Positions 18,472 to 25,864 of a DNA stretch of 64,000 nucleotides are shown here, piece after piece; the stretch's first letter is position 1; every line of letters starts with the position of its first letter. Location of the stretch: NCBI GenBank assembly GCA_041690135.1, contig JAWLHY010000014.1:171743-235742 (forward strand). Reading direction: 5' to 3'. The notes under the pieces are model-generated. The model made no database searches, was not told the DNA's origin, and saw only the letters and a list, made by a program, of their open reading frames with translations. Both the position numbers and the translations under genes were made by a program. The stretch comes from Armatimonadota bacterium. Lineage in GTDB: Bacteria; Armatimonadota; SYMT01.

Positions 18472-20655
18472 ATGCCCGTACCGAAGAAACACCGGTCTCA
18501 CTCGATCCCCCGGTCCCAGCCGGGTCTCCCTGCCCCGACTTCGGAAACGGGAGGCGCCACCCGCCTCCAGGCTCCCGACATCGCCTCGCCGCGACTCCGC
18601 GCGCTCCTTGCCGCCACCCTGGCCCTGGGAATGCTTGGGGCCGCCGGTATTGGCTCCCGGCCCACGAGCGCCCAGACCCGCGCCGAATTTGTCCCCACCT
18701 TCTCCACCAACACGCGGGTCAAGCAGCAGTTGGAGCGCCTCGACCGCCTCGCGGCGCAGAAGATGTGGGATGAGTGGCTGGCCGGCTATCAGCAACTCGT
18801 GGACGACCCCCGCGACCTGGTGATCGAGCGCGACGGCGAATTCCTGGACGGCGTTCGGTTCCGGGCGCACCAGATGCTGGCGGCCCAGCCCGCCGCCGTA
18901 CGCCAGAAATACCGCACCCTATTCGATCCCACCGCGCGCAAGCTCTACGACGAAGCGGTGACGAAGAACGATGGCGCGGCGATGCGGGACGTTTACAGCC
19001 GTTATCGCTTCAGCACTTACGGCCCGCGCGCTCTCCTCTGGATCGCCAACCGGTCCCTGGACGAGGGGCGCCCGGAACTGGCGCGGGTCGCCTACAGCCG
19101 CCTTTCCCGGGAGCCGGGCGTTACGGTGCAGACTCTGCTGCGCTACGCCCTGGCGGCGGATGCGGCGGGCAAGCCGGCGGAAGCGACCGCCGTTCTCGAC
19201 CGTATTCGGAAAGAGTTCGCCGCCCAGCCGACGCGGCTGGCCGGAAAGGACCTGACGGGCGGCGCCGCCGCGGATGCCGTGGCCAAAGCGCTCCGGAAAC
19301 CCGGAGCCGGTGCGAGCTCGGTCTGGCCCTCCTTCGCTGGCGCCGGCGGAGACCGCCGGATGGCCGGGCAGGTCACCGGCGCGCAAAAGAAGCTGTGGGA
19401 GTTTGCGCAGTCCACCAAGCCCGAGGGCAACTCGGGGAACTACCGCGGGCGGGTGCTCGGGTTCAGCAGCCTCGGGAGCGGCCGTTTCCAGTTTTTGAGC
19501 TTCCCCGTGGTGGGTGGAGACCGCGTCTGGATCCAGGGTCCGCAGAATCTCACGGCTGTCAACCTGGACACCGGCGAGCCGGCCTGGGACCAGCAGGATT
19601 TCAGCATCAGCCGGGACGAGAGCGGGCTTCAGAACACCGATCCGCGCCTGGGCGGCATCTACTACCGATCGGGTCGCGCGGTCCAAACGGCTCCCACGCT
19701 GGACGGGCATGTGCTCCTGGGCCGTTTCCCGCTCAGCTCGTCGGATCGCGACACCAATCGCTGGCCGTCAGACTTCTCGATCGGCGCCTTCGATGCGCGC
19801 TCCGGTACACCGCTCTGGCAGCGGGTCGCGGGCGGGGAGCCCCGGGGCAGCTTCTATAACCTGCCTACTCTTTCGGCCAACATGGTCCTGGGCGGCGTGA
19901 CCACCTTCAAGGGCGGCATCACGGAGTACAACGCGGTCGCCCTGGACGCCGCCACCGGCGAGGAGTTGTGGTCTACCTACCTCGGCGCCGGCAGCGATCC
20001 CCTCGGCATCGTCGACGGCTCCCCGGCTGCCGTCAAAGACGGCGTCGTGTGGATCGAAAGCTCGCTTTACACGCTCAACATGCTCGACCTGATCACCGGG
20101 GAACTCCGGCAGATCTACCGCTACGATCCCGGCAAGCGGACCACCTTCCGGGGCGGGTTCGACAGCAGCCCGATGGTGCCGCACGAGCCCGTGAGCCTGA
20201 TCGCGGCGGCGCAGGGTCCGGTCGTCTTCTGCCCGCGCTGGGGAACCGACGTCGTTGCACTGGACTCCGCGACTGGCCGGCTGCTCTGGTCCTCGCCTAA
20301 GGCGCCCGGCCAGTCTTCCATGGGCTCCCTGTTCGCGGTGGACGACAAGCTCGCCTACGTTTGCGGCGACCATCTCCAGGCCCTCAACCTGGAAGACGGC
20401 GCCCGCGAGTGGCATTGGGAGCCGGAGCAAGCCTCCAGCCGCCACATGGGCTTCGCCGCCCTCGCGGGAGACCGGATCTACTTCCCCGTGGAAGGGAAGA
20501 TCCACGTCCGCGCCGCCGCCGACGGCCGCGCCCTGGAGACCCTCGACCTGGTGGACGCCCTCACCGACCAGCCCTACTTCACCTCCCTGGTCGTGCACGG
20601 CAACAAGCTCATCGTCTCCACCAAGGACAAGGTAGTCGCCTTCGGCCCGAAGTGA
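18472..20655 (+). CDS. PQQ-like beta-propeller repeat protein with N-terminal TPR-like region
   Basis: Repeats AVNLDTGEPAW, AFDARSGTPLW, ALDAATGEELW, ALDSATGRLLW. Signal peptide. RBS AAGGAG before ATG 18472. Confidence 0.85.
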   Translation: MPVPKKHRSHSIPRSQPGLPAPTSETGGATRLQAPDIASPRLRALLAATLALGMLGAAGIGSRPTSAQTRAEFVPTFSTNTRVKQQLERLDRLAAQKMWDEWLAGYQQLVDDPRDLVIERDGEFLDGVRFRAHQMLAAQPAAVRQKYRTLFDPTARKLYDEAVTKNDGAAMRDVYSRYRFSTYGPRALLWIANRSLDEGRPELARVAYSRLSREPGVTVQTLLRYALAADAAGKPAEATAVLDRIRKEFAAQPTRLAGKDLTGGAAADAVAKALRKPGAGASSVWPSFAGAGGDRRMAGQVTGAQKKLWEFAQSTKPEGNSGNYRGRVLGFSSLGSGRFQFLSFPVVGGDRVWIQGPQNLTAVNLDTGEPAWDQQDFSISRDESGLQNTDPRLGGIYYRSGRAVQTAPTLDGHVLLGRFPLSSSDRDTNRWPSDFSIGAFDARSGTPLWQRVAGGEPRGSFYNLPTLSANMVLGGVTTFKGGITEYNAVALDAATGEELWSTYLGAGSDPLGIVDGSPAAVKDGVVWIESSLYTLNMLDLITGELRQIYRYDPGKRTTFRGGFDSSPMVPHEPVSLIAAAQGPVVFCPRWGTDVVALDSATGRLLWSSPKAPGQSSMGSLFAVDDKLAYVCGDHLQALNLEDGAREWHWEPEQASSRHMGFAALAGDRIYFPVEGKIHVRAAADGRALETLDLVDALTDQPYFTSLVVHGNKLIVSTKDKVVAFGPK

Positions 20656-20730
20656 AGTTGCCGTTCCCCGCGGGTTGCCCGTAACATAGGAATCAGAACA
20701 CTCCACTGGATGCAGGAAGAGGAGAGTGCG

Positions 20731-20886
20731 ATGCAGACCCTGGAAAAGCCCCGCCCGGAAGCCGCGCAGGCTCAAAACGTTGAAGAGCGCCCGCTGGACC
20801 ATATCCCCGACAAGGTTTCCGATCTGCTGGCGCAGCTCGATGTCAAGAACCTGGCCGAAGCGAACCCCCACGTCAGCGGGGAATAA
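20731..20886 (+). CDS. Small Pup/UBact-like ubiquitin-like modifier peptide (51 aa, C-terminal SGE), not in the ORF track
   Basis: GAGGAG RBS 6 nt before the ATG. MQTLEKPRPEAAQAQNVEERPLDHIPDKVSDLLAQLDVKNLAEANPHVSGE*. Acidic, disordered N-half, DLL helix, G-E C-terminus. Lies directly upstream of a PafA-like gene. Confidence 0.8.
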   Translation: MQTLEKPRPEAAQAQNVEERPLDHIPDKVSDLLAQLDVKNLAEANPHVSGE

Positions 20887-20919
20887 TCCTGTCACCACCG
20901 GCAGCACTGCCGTGAAACC

Positions 20920-20953
20920 GAGCGGGAGGGGGACGCGCGTCCCCCTCCCGCTC
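20920..20953. promoter_or_regulatory. Perfect 34-bp palindrome between modifier and ligase genes
   Basis: gagcgggagggggacgc|gcgtccccctcccgctc, ending 11 nt upstream of ATG 20965, with no U-tract. Confidence 0.7.
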
Positions 20954-20964
20954 GTTGCAACTGT

Positions 20965-22464
20965 ATGACCGCTGAGCCAATCTGCAGCCTGGAGCTGGAG
21001 TTTTTCGTCCTCGGCCGTACCTGTCCCGAAGTCCTCCGCTTCCTCCGCGACCGGAATCCCATCGTCACCTATTCCGGCAAGGGGAGTGGGTTCTGGTTGG
21101 AACTGCCGGGGTGCGGAGTGCCGGCCTGGTTCAAGATCTCCGGGGACGGTCCCTACTGTTTCGAAGACCTCGTGTTCGAAGCGGCCCTGCCGGAGACCAA
21201 CGCCCCCACCGCGGCGTACCTGGTGCAGCACTCGCTCCTCCCTTGGTTGGCGCGGCTGGAACGGGAGATGGGGGAGAACGGCGCCCCGGTCCGCTTCATG
21301 ACGGGCCCGGACCTCCACGGGCATCGCTCCGCCTTCCAGGTGAACCTCGTCCTCGATCGAGTCGAGGATATCCGCGCCTACTATGCGGCCCTGGCGCCCC
21401 TGGTGCTCACGCTTAGCTGCGTGACGGGCCCTGGTGGGCCCGTTCCTGGTGAGGGATACGTGCTGGCGCCGCGCTTGAACACCCACTGCCGGCCCGGCCA
21501 TTACCTGGGAAGCGACGCCTCGCTCCGCCATGCGCCCGTGGCCTATCCCCGCTGGCGCGACTATGGCGCGGGGCACCGGGCCCATTTCAGCCTGGAGTAC
21601 TCCCGTCTACCGGGCGCGATGCTGCTGGTCGCGGGTGTCCTTTCGCTGGCTACCCGGGCGTATGAAATTGCCCCCAAGCAGTTCGACCTTCGCTTTCTCG
21701 ACGAGCCGATCGCGGCGGCACGGGGGCTCAACCGTCTGGGTGAGCCTCGCGTGCTGGTGGAAGCCGGCATGGAGGAGCACCGCTGGTCCGGCCTCGAGCT
21801 CCAGGAGGCCTTTCTCGAAAGGATCATCGAGCCCGTCCTTTCCGGGGTCGCCGCGGCGCCGGAGTGGACGGAGCCGTTCCTGGAGTACTGGCGCGCGGCG
21901 ATCGCGGCCCAGCGGGAGGGCAGGCCTTGCCCGGCGTCTGACTTCAGCACCAAGCACCCATACCTGGAAACCCTCGTCTCTCGGGCGGGCCTGCAGTTCG
22001 GCTCGCGGGAGTGCCAGGCCGCCTACGCCCTCTGCGCCTCTCTGCTGCACGCCCAGGTCGATCTGGATACCTTCTTCAGCCGTCCGGCGTGCACGCTGCC
22101 GCTCGATGACCGGAGAGCCTCTCTACGGCGTCACCTGGAGACGGTCCCGCCGGAACGCCTCCGGGAGATCTATCTCGGCGGCCTGCGGGAAGCCCTGCTC
22201 TTTGAGGTGGCCTGGCAACGGATCGGGCCGGGAAGCGCCGCCGATCAGTTGACGCCCGATCCGGCCGAAGCCCTTCTCCTGGGGAGCCGCCCGTATCTCG
22301 CGCCCCGCGCCGCCGCACGCGCGGAGCTCTTCCAGGCCCATCGCGAGGACCTCTGGATGGCCGCCGATTGGGACCGCATCGAAACCCTCGACAGTTTCCT
22401 CTACTGTCGCGATCCACGCGACGCACATTTCTCCGACGATCCGGCCGCGGGTCCGGTATACTGA
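20965..22464 (+). CDS. Divergent PafA/Dop-family (Pup ligase-like, GS/GCS fold) protein
   Basis: Collinear motif matches to PafA: ICSLELEF~IMGIETEF, FEAALPE~PEYATAE, DLHGHRSAFQVNL~DSAGNSYGCHENY, PLVLTLSCVTGPG~PFLVTRQLICGAG, YVLAPR~YCLSQR, HRAHF~RRLHV, LDEPIAAARGLN~LDNPIRAIREVS, SGLELQ~SALDIQ, PRAAARAE~TRARLRGE, ADW...CRDP~VDW...CKDP. Confidence 0.8.
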   Translation: MTAEPICSLELEFFVLGRTCPEVLRFLRDRNPIVTYSGKGSGFWLELPGCGVPAWFKISGDGPYCFEDLVFEAALPETNAPTAAYLVQHSLLPWLARLEREMGENGAPVRFMTGPDLHGHRSAFQVNLVLDRVEDIRAYYAALAPLVLTLSCVTGPGGPVPGEGYVLAPRLNTHCRPGHYLGSDASLRHAPVAYPRWRDYGAGHRAHFSLEYSRLPGAMLLVAGVLSLATRAYEIAPKQFDLRFLDEPIAAARGLNRLGEPRVLVEAGMEEHRWSGLELQEAFLERIIEPVLSGVAAAPEWTEPFLEYWRAAIAAQREGRPCPASDFSTKHPYLETLVSRAGLQFGSRECQAAYALCASLLHAQVDLDTFFSRPACTLPLDDRRASLRRHLETVPPERLREIYLGGLREALLFEVAWQRIGPGSAADQLTPDPAEALLLGSRPYLAPRAAARAELFQAHREDLWMAADWDRIETLDSFLYCRDPRDAHFSDDPAAGPVY

Positions 22465-22469
22465 GGTCT

Positions 22470-22760
22470 GTGAACTACCTGTTAATCGAAATCATCCACC
22501 GGGGCACGGAGGTCATCAGCCTCGTCGTGATCGCGTCGATCATCCTCTCGATGATTGCCCAGGTCACCCACGCCCGCTGGATCCACCATCCCGCCGTCCG
22601 CTTCGTCGTCGCCGCCGGTGATGCCATCTGCGCGCCTTTCCGGGAACTGATGCAGCGCCTCGGCCTGCCCACTGCGCCGCTCGATTTCTCGCCGATGGTC
22701 GCCCTGTTTGCCATTCGCATGATCAGCGGCTTTCTGATCCGCATCCTGATCGCGAGCTAA
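22470..22760 (+). CDS. yggT: YggT family membrane protein
   Basis: GTG start 5 nt after the previous stop. HPAVRFV..ICAPFR...LDFSPMVALF. Confidence 0.85.
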   Translation: MNYLLIEIIHRGTEVISLVVIASIILSMIAQVTHARWIHHPAVRFVVAAGDAICAPFRELMQRLGLPTAPLDFSPMVALFAIRMISGFLIRILIAS

Positions 22761-22825
22761 TCCGGAAACGGACCGGGCAAAAGGTCCGTTGAACCCTCGG
22801 TATGCGGTACCTGTAGGGAGCGTCT

Positions 22826-22988
22826 CGTACACCCGGCGAAGCACAGGGCCGCAGCGTTCCGCCGCCCTGGGGCTGATCTCATTCTGCCAAACCGTGGCGG
22901 TTCGGGTTCAGGACTGATTCGAGTTGGCGCAACCGCATCAACTCCGGTAACTGCGGAATGGAACGGCCCTAGCTGCGCCGGGTGTACG
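22826..22988. mobile_element. Putative MITE (~163 bp) with ~25-bp terminal inverted repeats
   Basis: cgtacacccggcgaagcacagggccg ... cggccctagctgcgccgggtgtacg. A further copy of the left end is at 32427-32451. Confidence 0.6.
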
Positions 22989-23039
22989 TCGCATTCCCTA
23001 CGGTCCGTCTCCCCTGGGCGCGTCTTGGACCTGGACCGT

Positions 23040-23160
23040 TCCTCTTTATCCTTATCCTCCCACTCTCGTTATCCTTATCCTCCCGGCTTCCCGATCCTCC
23101 CGGCTTCCCGTTCTCCCGCCCTTATCCGTTTCCCAACCCTTTTCCGTCTCCCCGCATTCA
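23040..23160 (+). repeat. Degenerate pyrimidine-rich hexamer tandem repeat (CCTTAT-like)
   Basis: Same family at 26745-26855, 30025-30110 (inverted), 30165-30210 and 41550-41625. Confidence 0.7.
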
Positions 23161-23269
23161 AAAATCGGGAAGGTAGCAGAACTTTGCGGCGCAAAGTAAG
23201 CACCAACAGAGGGAGTCGGGTCCCGCGCGTGGGACCCTTTCCTTTTCCGGCTCCGGCGGAGGGACGAAC

Positions 23270-25864
23270 ATGGAATTCCGGCCCAGGCGAACGGCCCACC
23301 GGGTTGCGGTGGGAATGGCGGTCTTACTCTCCGGCGCGTCGGTCGCGCTGGAGTTGGGCATGGGGATCTGCGCCCAGACCTTTTTCGATCCGCTTCCGAC
23401 CCCTCTCTACACCGCCGCTTATCTTTTCCTGGCCGCTATGCTGGCGCTCAACGAGTCGGTGCTGGCGCAGGCGGACCGGCGGATCGGCGAGCGCGTTTGG
23501 GAACAGCGCCAGTCGCTCCCGCTTCCACCCGAGAAGCGCACGCCCCTGGAACTGGCCCGCATCGGCACCGGAGCCGCGCTCGCCGTGGCGGCCGTGTATG
23601 CGGTCATGTTCCTCCCGATCATGCCGATCTCGGCCATCGGGGTCCTGGTATGGGGGATGGGGCTCTGTGGCTTAAGCCCCTTCATCAACCTCTCCCTGCT
23701 CCTGGCGCAGTCCCGCGCTCTGGGCCACCGCTGGCGCCTCCTGGAACTGGGCACCCCGCTCCGGCCCCAGGCTGCCGCTACCTGTGCCGCGCTCGCTGTT
23801 ATCTGCGTGCTGGTGGGGCGGCCGCTCCTCGTGGGTTATCACATCGAGCAGGCGCTGGCGAACCCCGGTCGCCGCGAGCAGGCGGTCCAGCGCCTCCGGT
23901 GGATGGCGGCCGAGTCGGAGGTGCTGCGTCTCTGCTACGAGACCCGCTCGCCTCTACTCGAAAGTGCCGGCCGCTCTCTCTGGACCGCCGGGGTCGATCG
24001 GGAGAACCTGCCGGATGTCAACGACGAGGCCCGCAAGCTTTACTACTTGCTCACCGGCAAGCCCTTTGAGACCGCGGATGCCTCGCGCCTGACCCGCACG
24101 CGGATGTGGGCCCGCTTCGACGACCCGGTGGTAAACCAGCAGGGTGGGGAACTGGTCGGGCGAGCGGTGAAGGGGCTGAGCCTGAGCTCTTCTCGCCTGG
24201 ATGGGGTGGTGGACCCGCGTACGGAAACCGCCTACAGCGAGTGGACGCTGGTGTTCCGGAACGCCACCTCCGTTCCCCAGGAAGCCCGCGCCGAGATCCT
24301 TCTACCAGAGGGAGGCGTGGTAGATAGGGTCTCCCTCTGGATCAGTGGGGAGGAGCGCCCCGCCGCCTTCGGGCCGCGCGACGTGGTCCGGCAGGCCTAC
24401 CAGGAAGTAGCCGTGGTGCAGCAGCGCGACCCGCTTCTGGTCACGGCAAAGGATGCCGGCCACGTCCTCGCCCAGTGCTTCCCGGTCCCCGCCTCCGGGG
24501 AGATGAAGATCCGCCTCGGCATGACCGCGCCGCTGGTCTGGGCCGATCCCCGGAACCCTCGTCTCACCTACGCGCTGCCGTCGTTCCAACATGTCAACTT
24601 CACGCTTCCGGCGGACGCGACGCACCAGGTCTGGCTGGAGGGGCACTGGAGGGAGCGTTACGGGCGATTGGCACGGGAGGCCGGTGCGGAGTGGCAATTG
24701 CTCACTGGACCGGCGCCCGCGGGCCAACCGGCAGACGAGCGGACCCACACGGCACGGATGAAGCTCCCGGCGGACCAACTCTTCCAGCGCCACTCGCTGG
24801 CGGTGGCGGGAGGCGCCCCTCCGGCTCCGGGAGACGCGTTGGGAAACGGTCTCGTACGCCGGACCTCTCCGTTCCCTCGCGCTACCCGGCCGGTGGACCT
24901 GCTCGTCCTGCTCAGCCCCACGCTCGACATGCGGAACGCCGTGACCCCGGCCCACCGCGAGGCGCTTCGCCGGGCGCTGGCGGAACTTCCCTCCGGCTCC
25001 CACGTCCGGTTTGTGGACGTGCGGGAAGCGGTCCTGCCGGGCAGCCGCCGGGGCACCTCCTGGCTCGACGTTTCCCAGGTGGAGGAGGCCGATCGCTGGT
25101 GGGAGTCCCGGGACTACCATGGGGGCGCCGAACCGGCCCGTGCTTTGGAATGGGCGTGGGATGAAGCCCTGGGGCGGACCCATCCCACCGCCGTGCTCTG
25201 GCTGCACGGCCCCACCCCGGAAGAATTCAAAGACGCGGAGCAGCTCGTCGCCAATTACCGCCGCCGCCCCGAAGGCCCGGTCCTGGTAGGCGTTCGCTTC
25301 CGGCCCGGTCCGGACGCCCTGATGCGGGAGCTGGCCGGAAACCCGCGGATCTTCGCCCGCGGTGACGGCGATCAGCCCGAGAGCCTGGCCGCCGCGGTCC
25401 GCCTCGCCGCCGCGGCTCTCGACACGTCGGAGGGGCTGAAAGGCTATGCGGAAGGCGTTACCACCGTGCCGCTGGGTGGACGCGAGCCGGCCCTCAACGG
25501 GACCTACGTCGTCGGTGGAGCCCGCAGTGGAGCCGTTCCCGTGGCCGGGGCCCCCGGTCGCGTGGCGCGCCTGGCCGCCAACTCGCATGTGCTGGCGCCG
25601 TGGTATGCCGGTCGGCGTGAGGGACGTGAGATCCAGGCCGCGCAGACGCTCGCCATCTCCCGGCGGCTGGTCACGCCCATGTCCGGGGCGGTGGTGCTGG
25701 AGACCCAGGAGCAGTACCGGCGGCACAACTTGAGCGATGCTGCGCCGCAGTCCACCATTCCCAGCGTGCCGGAGCCGGGCACCGTTGCCCTGCTGCTCGT
25801 GGGCACCGTGGTAGCGCTGGCCGCGGCCTATCGGGGGCGAAGGAGATCCGCAGGTGCAGGCTAA
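23270..25864 (+). CDS. Multi-TM + VIT domain protein with C-terminal PEP-CTERM sorting signal
   Basis: N-terminal TM helices. VIT motifs AYSEWTLVFRN, EARAEILLPEGGVV..VSLWISGEERPAAF, RDPLLV, QCFPVP. Also LVTPMSGAVVLE, then SVPEPGT + TM + RGRRR. Confidence 0.85.
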   Translation: MEFRPRRTAHRVAVGMAVLLSGASVALELGMGICAQTFFDPLPTPLYTAAYLFLAAMLALNESVLAQADRRIGERVWEQRQSLPLPPEKRTPLELARIGTGAALAVAAVYAVMFLPIMPISAIGVLVWGMGLCGLSPFINLSLLLAQSRALGHRWRLLELGTPLRPQAAATCAALAVICVLVGRPLLVGYHIEQALANPGRREQAVQRLRWMAAESEVLRLCYETRSPLLESAGRSLWTAGVDRENLPDVNDEARKLYYLLTGKPFETADASRLTRTRMWARFDDPVVNQQGGELVGRAVKGLSLSSSRLDGVVDPRTETAYSEWTLVFRNATSVPQEARAEILLPEGGVVDRVSLWISGEERPAAFGPRDVVRQAYQEVAVVQQRDPLLVTAKDAGHVLAQCFPVPASGEMKIRLGMTAPLVWADPRNPRLTYALPSFQHVNFTLPADATHQVWLEGHWRERYGRLAREAGAEWQLLTGPAPAGQPADERTHTARMKLPADQLFQRHSLAVAGGAPPAPGDALGNGLVRRTSPFPRATRPVDLLVLLSPTLDMRNAVTPAHREALRRALAELPSGSHVRFVDVREAVLPGSRRGTSWLDVSQVEEADRWWESRDYHGGAEPARALEWAWDEALGRTHPTAVLWLHGPTPEEFKDAEQLVANYRRRPEGPVLVGVRFRPGPDALMRELAGNPRIFARGDGDQPESLAAAVRLAAAALDTSEGLKGYAEGVTTVPLGGREPALNGTYVVGGARSGAVPVAGAPGRVARLAANSHVLAPWYAGRREGREIQAAQTLAISRRLVTPMSGAVVLETQEQYRRHNLSDAAPQSTIPSVPEPGTVALLLVGTVVALAAAYRGRRRSAGAG

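Noticed and set aside
20726-20968. 80-aa ORF from the track overlapping the Pup-like gene
   Set aside because: Arg/Pro-rich shadow frame without an RBS. The alternative frame 20731-20886 has an RBS, typical codon usage and a meaningful C-terminus.
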